A DNA stretch of 64,000 bases, from NCBI GenBank assembly GCA_010909165.1, contig VJWM01000249.1:171084-235083 (forward strand), given 5' to 3'. The translations under genes and the position numbers were made by a program. Source of the stretch: Anthoceros angustus. Its lineage: Eukaryota > Plantae > Anthocerotophyta. The notes under the pieces were generated by a model. That model searched no databases. It saw nothing but the letters and a program-made list of their open reading frames with translations, and was not told the origin of the DNA. Within the stretch, counting starts at the first letter, position 1; each line of letters starts with the position of its first letter. Below are positions 24,085-36,200 of this stretch, in pieces.

Positions 24085-27000
24085 ATGGAGTATGAACCAG
24101 CTCCTAGCAAGAATGATGTATTCACTGGTAAACACGGTAGTATGTCGCTTGCTGATTTTGAGGAGAAATTCAGGTGGGCGATTGATGAAATGGTGCTCAA
24201 GTACAAGTCTGAATTCATGCCTGAAATGACGCTCAGAAAGATGAGCACGTTTCTAGCCGGTGAAGCTCTGACATGCTATCGTGACTGCAAAGAGAAGATT
24301 CTGCAGGATGCTCACACTTTGTTGCGAATGAAGCGGGCAAGGAAGGCATCCGAGGTCGATGATGGAGAAGCGGGCTCATCGGAGTCTTCCCAATCTGAGG
24401 TCATCACCTATCTGGTGGACGAGATGTTCTTCAAATTTGGTGAGATGTTTCCTGTGGCTTCCATAGAAAAAATTCAAGAGCTGTCAGAAGTTTGTAATCA
24501 AGCCTAACAAGCCCCTGAGATCTGCATATTTGCGATTGAGACAGCTGGTAAAGGACACCAAGGTAAAAACCACGAGGAAGGCACAGATATACATTGCGGC
24601 CTTGCCAGGAAGACAGAGGAGGGTGATTGCCAACTTTTTGCACATGTTACATGGGGCAGATTATGAGTTGGAGCAAGCCTACGAGATGGCCGAAAGGGTC
24701 ATGAAAGGGATGCTGTCACCAATTAAGCACAATGCTGGATGGAGGAACACAATGTGGTTAGAGGACACAAAAATGCTTCAAACATCTACAAGCAACACGG
24801 GAAATCTCATTACCGCGAGCATGTGCAGGAGAACACTGAGCGCAGGGATTCACCATCAAAGGATCGGGTAGCCCACAACGCTGCGAGCTCCAAAACCTCA
24901 GTAAAATGCTTGCGATGCAAGGGGCCTCACAAAGCATATGACTGTGAGCATCGCGTTGGTGGATCAAAGGAGAAGGAAGTATGCAGGGCATGTAGCAAAA
25001 CAAGACACATGGAAGCCGCCTGCTCGCAAGCTCATCTTGAACTCAAGCCCAAGGGCCTAGGTGAGCGAGTGCGAAACCCGTGTGTGAGCTACACTAAGGC
25101 ATTGCTTGAGGTGGCGCTGCAGCAATGAGTGTGAGCACAACAAAAGGCCCGTGTGCTTCGGCAGATGATTATGACTCGGATGAAGATGTATACGCGTTGA
25201 CGGCCGGAAGGCCTGCTCATGTCAAAAAGGGAGGCATCGATTTTGGTAATGGTGTGAAAGTGAAGGCGGTTGAGGATAGGAACTAGCTGAAGATGCCCAA
25301 GTCTTTCAGACAGATTCAAGAAGAGGATGTTGAAGTGCACAAGGAGAAGATGTCTCCAAATGCAGAAATTCTGCTAGAGAAGGCGATGGACATACCCATG
25401 ATGAGCCTGCGTGACCTCGGAATTCGGGCACAACCATTCAAACAAGAGATGCGAGCCTGGATTAAGAAGAAATCTGCGGAGTTGGACATGGTGTCTGGTT
25501 TAGTCAGCCTACGTGGTGACCATTTAAAACCAGCAGCCACCTTGATACGCGCACACAACCCCAAGCATGGAAGCCACCTGTTGACCTGCCCTGCGAACAC
25601 TGTGGTCAAATCACCGATCCAGAATTGATGTTATTATGCGATCAGTGTAACCAAGGACATCATGTATTTTGCCTTCGGCCACCATTGAAGGCAATTCCAG
25701 AAGGTGAGTGGTTCTGTCACAAGTGCACGACAGAGATGCTAGGGCGAAAAGAAGCTGGGGGGGCCAAGTGGAATGCATGCTCACGATATGGGCGTGAGGA
25801 ACGAACTTCAGTAAGAGGGGTAGACCTATAAAGCCTGTTTTTTTTGTTGTTAGTACACGGGTTGTGTGAGGTGTACAGTGTGGCAGGCGAACGAGCGTGG
25901 AGTAACGTGTAGGCAAAGGAACTAGCGGGAACGAAAGGATTCAGCGATTTGCTGGAGAAGACTCAGCGATTTGCTGGAGAAATTAAGGTATTTGGTGTTG
26001 ATTGTATCACCCATCAGGTTGTGGTGTATGGAGGCAAGCGAATAAGTTACAATGAGTCATCACAGTGTATGTGAGAGGAGAGGCCGGTCACGCCCACAAC
26101 CCGTGTGTGGGTGGTGAACAAAGCATGGCGGCCTGATTCAGTTGGTTGGCAGCGATTGTTGTGGTTGCAGAAGAAGGACGATCAAGAAAGCGTGGAGCGT
26201 ACTGGAGCTCGAACGCACAGTGAAGTGTTAATCCTGGTTGCTGCCAGTGCATGTAGGTTGCAATTGAAGACCCTAGGCAGTCCGGGGCAAAGGACGGTGA
26301 CAAGAGAGGCTCCCGTAGGGGGGCGGGGGATGTGAAGCACAATTCCCAGAGTGGTCGCGGCGCCAGGCATCTAGGCACGAGTGCGAGGAGTGGAATGGGC
26401 GTAATCTGTATGGGACAGAAGCGGCAACTCACTCACAAATGGATGATGTGTAGGTTGAGACGAAATTGAGACTAAGTCGTCTCAACAATGGTAGGATCAG
26501 GGTAGGATGCGTTGGATGTGAGCTTGATACTCGCCTTGCGAAGTCACTGGCTGCGTACCAGTCATCTCTCAGAGAGTTAGCTAGAATTCGCTTGGTGGTT
26601 CGACAATCACTAAAGGCATCAATCAACCAATTGTGTGAGTATCAAAGAAGTGGGTTAACCGTCAGCCTAACACAAGATTGCTAACATGGATATGGAAGCG
26701 GACCATACTTGCAAATCATGTTTTCGCAGGATGAACACTAGTGTTCCACAGTTTCCGGGCAGACCTTGGGAGGACAAATGGAAGATGCCTTTAGTGAGGA
26801 AATATCAACCTGGCAAGCCCGAACGGCCTAAGACATTCATGGAGTTACAAGCATTTTTGCTGTATGTAGAATCGCATCATGAAACCTGCAACATTGAAAA
26901 TTTTCATTATGATCATCGAGACCTTTTTAGGTGGCAGGTAGGGGCATGAACGGACAAAGCTTCGTGTGGACTAGTTATTGTGAAAGGGCATTCCGGAAGT

Positions 27001-27200
27001 TGGAGCATCACTTGTTTATGCATCAGGTGTTTGATCGTTGGCCTAAAGAAGGGTTTCTGGTGTACAAACACAAGGAGAAACCAGCTGATTTGCGGAGTTT
27101 GAAAGTGTGGCTCAGTCATTTGCATAGAGAAAAAGCGGGTCATTTTGCCATTGGTTATCCACGAGCCTTTTACAGGGTGTTTGCTTGTTTGCGCACATGA
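24085..27200 (+). mobile_element. Degenerate retroelement ORFs: gag-like region, two CCHC knuckles, PHD finger and RT-thumb-like remnant
   Basis: FLAGEALTCY (capsid-like); CLRCKGPHKAYDC and CRACSKTRHMEAAC; PHD CEHC..LLCDQCNQGHHVFCLRPPLKAIPEGEWFCHKC (25592-25726); PKTFMELQAFL and FVWTSYCERAFRKL. Stops and frameshifts are present. Confidence 0.65.
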
Positions 27201-28062
27201 GTGTTGGAATGGGATGAGGCCACTTTGGAATCTTGGTATCTGCTCAATGACAATGTGGGGATTTTCTCAGGGCTCAGTGCATTGAAAAACAATATTATGT
27301 GAATGGTTTGAACGGTCCACAGCTACCCAGGGTGAAGACTGAACTCGACAGTGATGAAGAAGAGGAGTTCATGGCACGACATCGAGCAAAGGAACGCGCA
27401 CGATTGGGCAAAGTGCAAGTGGATGAGTATTTTGACCCAGAGGATTGGCATGTGGCCGCTTTGTTAGCCACAGGGAGGATGGAGCACGACAGACCATCCG
27501 AACCACAGCTCAGGGACGGCATGTTCCAGAGGTTTTATCGACGATTCTACGGCATATGAGTGTCCAAAGTTGTGGAATGCAAAAGTTTGGGCAACCAGCC
27601 CAAAAGAGCCAAAGGAAGAACGAACCTGATTTTTTTTGGCCGAAAACGATTAAAGTGGGACATGTTAGGAATTTTCTGAGAAACTTGGAGCTGGAGCTGT
27701 GGGGTATTGGTGGGGAGGCAAAGAGGATATCCTAGGGAGAAGAAACGGGTCAAAACGACCCCAGAAAGGCGCGTAGGCCAAGTGGCGAGGGGTCATGTAC
27801 ACACCAGGGCTGCCACACTACGCCGGTAGACTGAAAGGAAAAGCAGACTACCGTGGTAGGTTGACGAGGTCTCGGCCAGAAAAGGGAAATTAGAATAGGG
27901 GGGATATCCACTATATATGCTCACCAATAGGGGAATAGATAAATAGGATTAATTAGAAGGTAATTAATTAAGGGTAGCGGATAGGATAGGAAAATAGGTA
28001 TTAGGTATTTTAGAATAATGGACCCAATCTAGGGTTGTGAAGTCTCCAGGTGGCAGACATCC

Positions 28063-28308
28063 TGTTAAGGGATAGTGTTGATTATATCTCTTAACTAAAG
28101 GTGCATATATAGTGATATATAGGGGTACATAGAATAATAATTATAAGTTCCGTTCGTTAGGGTTGTGACTTATGGTGAACCGTTATGGCGTTTAAGTTTA
28201 GAATAATAGTGTCTTTTCAGCATAAGCATTTAAGTCTTTCTTGATACACAATGATCTATCTATGTAATTGAACAATTTGTATTTGATATAAAACAAGTCT
28301 ATTTGTTA
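28063..28308 (+). repeat. Copia 5' LTR (246 bp, TG...TA)
   Basis: Direct repeat of 52349-52588, followed by the PBS. Confidence 0.95.
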
Positions 28309-28782
28309 TGGTATGAGAGCGAGGTGTATAGAATGCATCCTAGAAAATGCATAACTACATATATGCACCAATTTATATAGTTCTATGTTTTCTTGATCTT
28401 TAACATCAAGAAAATAAAAATGAAAGTCAATAAACATTTCTTGCTCTAAACATTTTATAAAAACATAAAAAGGAGATGAAACCTAGCAAATTAAGGTAAG
28501 TATTTTAGTTATTTCCCGCGATTGCTTCTTGAGCAACTGGATGGAAATATATTATAGGACAACACCGACGGCAGCTTACAAAATATTTAGAGCAATAGAA
28601 TGCATTAGTCATTTTAATGCATTCTAGCAAAATATTAATTGGCCAAGTGAATGGCCAGCAATCAGATTCTACCTGATCAGTGGTCATTGCAACCTGGAGC
28701 GCGATTCTCGCAATGGTTGAATCGTCGCAGGATACGCATGTCCAAAGGCAAGCAAACCAGGTCAACAATTCCACAAGACCTT

Positions 28783-31700
28783 TGTGGCGCGACTTTCGCT
28801 GATGGCCAGCCGGGCGCGCACAATCCCGTGTCGTTGTAGGAAGAAGTCCGTTCCCAAGGGAATGATATAGGCTCCGTTTGCAGCGTTTGGTGATTCTTAC
28901 CGCTGCGCTCGTTCGACCTCACGCACACTCGCCTAACTACTACTAGCGTTCACCGTCTGAGCCGGTATGGCCAAGCGTTTAGGGACCCGTTCGCGTCCGT
29001 TCGTTCATTCGTCACTCACACTTCGTCCTTTCCTCTCTCCCTCACGCTACACTCTCTCATCGGTCTTAGAAGGCAGCGCGGGTTACGATCCGGACCTCCT
29101 CGTCGTTCGCGGGCCTCCGTCCGGGCTCTGCCGCCCTCCGGAGTTCCTCCGGCTCACACGTTCAGTCCGTTCGGTCTTTGGCGCGGCTCGGGGCGAGCAC
29201 GGGTCACGATCACCCTTCCACTGCACACACCACAACACGTTAGGTCGTCACGGGACCACAGTCAATCTCCGGGTATCGTGCACCTTTCGGTGACTCGGGA
29301 CTCACGTTAGCAAGAAGACACACAAAGGTGCAGAGCGGCATCAACACCAAGAGAAAGATGATTTATTGAGGCGGCCTTAGCCCTCTTATACTCCGGTCGC
29401 CTTTATTACACCTCTATTACTGAGGGCGCCGGCTCGGGGTGCCCTAACGCCTACTACCTCCCTATTCCTATCCGCCGTCGGTGGTGGGGGTGGATGGCCC
29501 ATTCCTTCTTGGCACCGGCCCAAAGCGAGCCACAGCCATTGCGGCGCGCAATCGGATGATCCGGCGGACCCTTCCTCTTCCAGTGCAGCCGGTTGCGCCA
29601 CCGGTGGCGGCGACAGCGATCACCACCAAGTCTTCCTCGTCCTCCCTCTTCTCTGGCGGGCCCTGCGCGTGGGCCCTCAAGTGGATCTCTGGGGGTGAGT
29701 GGCTCTCCCCACTCCCGAGTTTGGACCTCGGGACCCTCGACTCGAGTCCGGACCTCTAGGTCCGGTCTTCCCTCTGGTCCGGTCTCACAGGCCGGCCTTC
29801 TTTGAGTCGGTCCTCGGGGCCGGACTTGCCTGAGGTCCGGTCTTGGACCCAACCCTTCCCCAGGGTCCGGACCTCGTCCGGATTACTAGTCCGGATCCCT
29901 AAGTCGGACTTCCTTGAGGCGGACCTCGGGATCCGGCCTTTCCTCGAGTCCGGACAAAGTCCAGGACCTCGGCTCTGGGCATGCCTCCTCCCGGGCTGGT
30001 CACGGGTTCATCCGAGCCTCCCTTGGTTCCCGAATGCCCGGTTGCACCTTTCCTTCCTCTCAAGATCCTCCCTCGTCCTTCCATGCGGGGTCTTGGGGTA
30101 CCTCGGTGTGGACCCTTCCTCCTCCGGTTCCTCCCTGCTCTCCCTCGCGCTCTGCTGTGTCGTCAAGCAGGCTCCTAGGACTCCAGCGGTTGTCGTCCCG
30201 TCCTCTCTCGCTCCTCCTTCCATCCTTGGAGTCCACCCTCCTGCCTGGGGTGGCGCGGGACCTCGAGCCTTGAGGAGCTGCGTGGTAGTAGGCGGTCGGA
30301 ATCGACTTGAATCGCCTCCTCCATGAGCCGGGCACGGTACTCCCTCCTCCAGGTGCTCGGCAGCGATCGCCCCTTGGCTTGTCTCCGTGGCCAAGCTTAC
30401 GGTATGGCGGACTCCCTTGAGGCCGTCAAGGCTGCCTCAGTTACCTCTTGCAACCTTGGCTGCTCGGCGTTCTCCTCCTCCGTCGTTGTTGGCTCACTTG
30501 ATTGCGGGCCATGGGTGAGCTCCCTTCACTTCCTGGCCGGACGAGCAGCTGTACCTCTCCTCCAGTGCTTTCTTCCTCCGTCTATTCTTTCCCGGTCCTC
30601 CACTTCCTTCTCCAGGCGGGCGGTATCCCGTCCGACTCACGGCTTCCTCCACATCCTGCTGCAACCTTGCGGCGTCGAACTCCTTGCTCGCCTGTTCTCC
30701 TCCGTCTTCAGCTGGGCGTTCTACCTCGCTCGAAGTCTTGGATTCTCTCGTTGAGAACCCCCTGCTCCGTCATCTTGGGTTGCAACTCCAAGGTGTCCTT
30801 GTCCTCCGCTCCTGCCGCCCTTCTACCTCCTGCAGTGCACCACAGGGTCCCCAATCTCCCGGGCTGGCCTCGATGCCTCCTCACGGCTCGGCCGTGCTTG
30901 CTCCATGACCACTTGCTCGGCCTTGATTGGCGTGGCTCTCTCGGCCGCCTCCTCCACGGTTCGATCACGCCGATAGTGATCGCGATCGGCCGTGGCCTCC
31001 GCCTCCTTGGCCACCTTCACTGAGCCTCTCGGCAGCTCTGGTCGGTCGGGCCTCGCGAGATCCGCGTTCCGCTTCGCCGGGCGTCCTCGCTTCTGCTGCG
31101 CTCGCCCCTCACTGCGAGGTCCTCCGCCCGCTTGGGCCTCCTTGGCCCCTTCCTCGGTGAAGGAATTTGGTCCGGTCCTTGCGGATGGAGACCTCCTCCG
31201 CCTCCCGGCGTTTCCTTCCTCAATCCGGAGGCTTGGCCTTCCTTCTCGCCTCTGGGCTCCCTCCAGCTGCTCACGGAGGTACCATGCGCCTCGGGTGGCT
31301 TCCACCTCCACAGGTCTTCTCGGCCATCCCGAGACCCCAGGCATACCGTCCATGGCGGTAGCAGGACCGTTTCTTCCACGGCCGTGAGGCTCCCACAAAG
31401 TCCGTGGCGGGAGGCATCTCACGGTCCGTCGGACCTCCATACATCGGAGCAAGTCGGTGGGTTCTCGGACCCCGGGACCCTTAGGTCACGAGTCTTTGGC
31501 TCGAGCTTCCCCTCCTTGGCCCTTTTGGCGCGAGCTCCTTCTGCCCTTTTCTCCACAGGGCTCGGGAGGTGATGGAGTCCGAGCACGCCCTTTGCCCCTT
31601 CTGCGGCGACCCGGCTGGATCTGGCTGCGCGGTGTCCTCCCGCTCCACAGGCGTCCTTTACGCCCTCCTTCGCTTCCTCCGCTTCACTCAGGTGGGGAGG

Positions 31701-33205
31701 CAGGCCCAGGTGCCGCGTTGGTAAGTGGTCTTGCGTCTCTTGGCTCTCTCACAGTCGGGGCTCCTCACGGTAGGAGTGATGGCGTGGCGGGGGCTGGGTC
31801 AGGCGCTTCTGTGGTGGTTTCTGGTTGGGGCACGAAGGAGGAGTGCTTCCCATACTTCACAGGTGGTGAGGGGTCCGTTCGACGTATGGAGTCAGGAATC
31901 CTCCCGATCGTCCTCCTCCAGTCCGTTTGGTTTTGTGGCCTCCTCCCCTCGGCGCCCTTGCCTCCACTTCGGGGCCTCAGTCCTTTCGGGCGCTCGCTCA
32001 AGCTCTCCTTCCTTGAGGAGCTCGAAATGCCCCCCATGGATCGGTATGGGGCGGAGATGGCGAGGCTTCTCGGTCGAGCTTGCGAGCCTCACAGCTAAGA
32101 GGCGAAGATAATCCTTCCCGTCCGCCCTCTTCCCCTGCGGTGCGGGAATACCAAGATTATCACCAAGGTGATCCACCTTGGTGAGTAGGTTCGATGGACA
32201 ATGATCCGGGCCACCGCCTCGGGTCAGGTCGGATATCGACCGTTGGTGGTCGTTGCGTCGAGCCTTAGCATCGGCTGTGTGGCCCTATCTTCCCCCGCCT
32301 TGAGGGGCTCGGCACCACTCCCCTCTTCCTCCTTGGGCGGTTGTAGGCCCTGGGACCTCAAGGTCCATCGCCTTGGGTCCTCCGGAGGTTCTTGGACCGC
32401 ACCTCCTTGACCGCCGCATCTTCCGGGCAAACTCCGGACGGTGACACTCAAATGTCGAGACCATTTGGAACACATCCAAATGCCACTCCTGCACCAATTC
32501 TCCGCTTCACGGGCAGGCCCAAAGTCCGGATAGCGCGGGTCACAATGTTGCGCTCCACAAGGTTCCATGGCTCCCAAACTTCCGGGCTTTTGGGTGCCAT
32601 CGCCTTCTCCTCCTTGGTTCTTTGGCAGCTTGTCGAGGCTGGCGCACGTTGCCCCTTCTTCGCGTTGCTCGACCTCAGCGGTGAGCGCCGAGCGTCCGAG
32701 TGTCCCACGAGATCGAGCGGTTGCGGGCGCGAGATCGCGAGTGTCTCGGTGCGCGGAATGACCTTCTTCCGCGACCACGCCGAGTAATGCGGCGGGCGCC
32801 TCTTCCTGTCCGTGGCGAGTGCATGGCTTACTGCGCCCTCGCTGCCGCGTGCCTCGCCTTGCCGCGTACTCGGCCCCTCGCCGCGGCCGGCGTGAATACA
32901 CCTGCTTAACGGCCCAGCAAGGTTACGGTCTGACCAGCATGCCCGTCCTCCACTCGAGTCGTCACGTGGCGTCGCCTCGCCCCAACTTCTAAGTTACTTT
33001 CACTGGCGTACTTATCACTGGTCACAGGTGGGTCGGACTTATCCGTTACCGCGCCATCGTGTAGGTCTATGCGTTTCCTCACGGTCGGAGTATACTCCGG
33101 TGCCGTCCGAGTGCTATGCTTATTTCCCCCTTTTCGCCTCATTTTATCCTTTACTCCTACAAAACAAAACCCTACCTAATTTCTAACCCCAGTCCGTAGT
33201 CCACA
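28783..33205 (-). repeat. Gypsy 3' LTR
   Basis: Direct repeat of 38656-43106. TATAAG at ~29385-29390 (minus). Confidence 0.9.
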
Positions 33206-33239
33206 TACTCCTTCTCACTGTTGGCGTCTCGCCAACACT

Positions 33240-36200
33240 AAGCGTACTTTTTCACCGCCACCGTTCACCCGAGTGGGCGCGGTTCACCATCCAAGCGCCG
33301 GTGAGCGGACCCATTGGGATATACCGACTTGGTAAGGCCCCATCCATCGTAGGTGGAGTTTACAGGAAGTGCATATGTCGGTCATCGTAAAGGAGGCGGA
33401 TCTCCTCCTTCACATACTCCGAAGGCCTATCATGCCCGCGGCTTGCGTTGATTACATGCCGATTGCATTATTGCGCCTCTTCCGGTCCTCCGTATCTTGC
33501 ACAAACCCTAGCAACGCTCCGTTGGCTCTCTTCATCCGTTAAGCGCCTTTCCATCATGACCGGAGTGTTGGCACCTCAAACTCGCGGCATAGGGTGAGTG
33601 CCCGCCGTCGAATAATACGGAGTTCGTTGCGTGGTTACCTTCTGCCGTTACGAGCGCGCGCCCGATGGCTTTGTATCGATCGTGCGCATAGTTAACCGTC
33701 AGCTTATTGAGGATGCGGCAGATAAGTCCATTGGTCTTCTCCGTCAGTCCGTTGGCCTTCGGATTGTAGGGGGCCGTTTTACGATGTGTGATGCCGAAAT
33801 AGTCCGTCATTGCGTTATCACATCATTGAGGAAATGGGTTCCCCTATCGCTTACCAGCTGCAACGGACACCCATACCTTGTGATGATGTTTTCGTAGAGG
33901 AATTTGGCCACCGTGCTCGCAGAGTCCGTTAAGTAGCGGCGCTTCAACCCACAGTGCGATGGTCGTTGCCACCAAGATGTACCGCTTCTGTGTGTGCCTG
34001 GTCGTTGGCTGTATAGGTCCAACGAAGTCGATGCCCCATTTCTCAAAAGGCGCTAGTGCTAGTATGGGCACTAACGGCCATTGAGTTGTGGCGTCGGCTT
34101 CCGATCCGGGACAAGCATCACACTTCTTCACTGGTGTGTTTCCCCATACATGGTGGGCCACCGGTACCCGACCTCAAGATTTTCTTGGTGGTGGTGACTG
34201 TTGCATAATGTCCACCACCTAGTCCCGTGCATCCCTTTATTACCACCTCCGTTTCACTTTGTTGGAGGTACCTTCGTTCCACACCGTCACCTTAAAGATG
34301 CTGCTCTGAGGAAAGGGCGTAGTGCACAAAGGCACCTGGACCCGGTTCGATTCGTTGGGTAGCTCCATCTCCCATAGGTACCGTTCCAACTCTCCGCGTA
34401 AGAGGCCGCCCTGCGTCGCTCCCTTCTCCCACGCCGTGGGTCCATTGTTCACCGGGTTTGTCCGGTGTGCTCCTCTACCTCCTCCTCTCGCGCCACCAAT
34501 TCCTCATCCGGAAGGCGTCCTCTTGATCCTGCGGGGCAGGCTCCGTCTTTAACTGGATAAGAAGTCGTTTTGGTGTTGCCGCCTTGCCTAGTCTCCACCT
34601 CAAATGTGAACTCCTGTGAGAATCCACCTCGTTTCGGGACAAGTCGCCTTGTTCACCAAATGCTTGGTAGTGATCAACATAGAACACAAACTCATTGGGC
34701 GGAAGGTAGTGTGAATTTCTTAGTGTATACCATCCCAATGCCTCTCGCTCCGTAGTAGTGTACCTCCGTTCGTCGTGAGCTGTCTTCCAGCGTAGTAGAT
34801 TGGGTGATCCCTCCGTTTATCATCTTTTTGACTGAGCACTACCCCGATGGCGAAGGCTGACACATCCACGTACACATGGAATCGCTTCCCCCAGTCCGGT
34901 CCTTTGAGTACTGGGGCACTGACCAGAGTGGTCTGGAGGTCTCTGAATGCCGCCTCCCTTTCTGGCGTCCAGGTCCATTCCTCCTCCTTCCTGAGTAGCT
35001 CTGTTAGCCTGGAGGCCCGCTTTGCAAAATCTTGTATGAAACGCCTATAGTAACCTACCATGCCCAAGAATCCCCGTAACTCCTTCAAGTTCGTTGGTGG
35101 CTGCAGGGAATGGATGACTTTCACCTTGTCTTGGTCCACCTCTATCCCTCTTGCCGACCTCGGTGCCCCAACAAGATTCCCTCTGTCATGCAGTAGCACT
35201 TCTCTGGATGCGAGGCTTGAGTCTCCTACATCGTTCCAAACACTTCCGCAAATGTCGTGTTTGTCCTCCTCTCCGTGCACCACAGTCGTCCAAGAACACC
35301 TCCATGAAGTCCCTCGAATTCCGGAAGACATTGGTCACCATCCGCATAAATGATCCGGTGCTCTGTCATCCAAGGCACTCCGTTTGTAGGCAAGCGTCCC
35401 CACTCCGTGGTGAATGTTGTCTTATCGGTCAGACTCCCTTAGGTGTAGCGGTTGTAGGGAGTGGCCGTCAAGAAGGAGTAGGTACTCACGCCACCTTGTC
35501 CGATATGTCGTCCACAAAGGGCATGGGAAATGGTCCTTTTGTGGCGTTAAGCTTTCTCCGATCTGGCGGACGAATCCCTGCTTCTTGACGACCACAATGG
35601 GCGCCACCCACTCCTTGTTCACGATTGGGAAGATGATGTCGCTTCGGATACTTATCCGGACTTCCTTGACCTTGAGTGCTTGGGATTCGATTTATCTTGC
35701 CCTAATCCGAGCGCACCGCTCACGGCTTCAGATCTATCCGGTGTTGCCTTGTTTGAATGCCTTTCATATCCGTGACCTTGAAAGCAAACACCCAATTCCC
35801 CAACAAGCGTGTGAGGTCTCGTTTTAACCCTCGATGCCCTTGCGAATTTGAGGAATTTCCTGGGCGAACCTCCACGTCTTCCACATCGTCGGGTTGAGTC
35901 TCCCTTTCTCTTCGCTTCGCTCGTCCGAGCCGTCATCCTCCATCCGAGGTTCATCTTCACGCATTCCCCACTCCGAAGAGCTCGTCCAGTGAAGCAGGTT
36001 ACTTCTCGTTCTACTCCCGTCCTCTGCTGGACCTCCTCTTGATTGCCTTCCCGGCTCTTGTTGTGAGTCCACCCTAAAACAATCGATGACCTCCTCGTCC
36101 ACCTCGCTCCAAAGGCGTCCCTCGATCCATCTCCTCCTCGACCACGTGATTTTGGGAAAGGGTAGTCCTCATTCGTATCCTCGCGTTCATCGTCCCCTTG

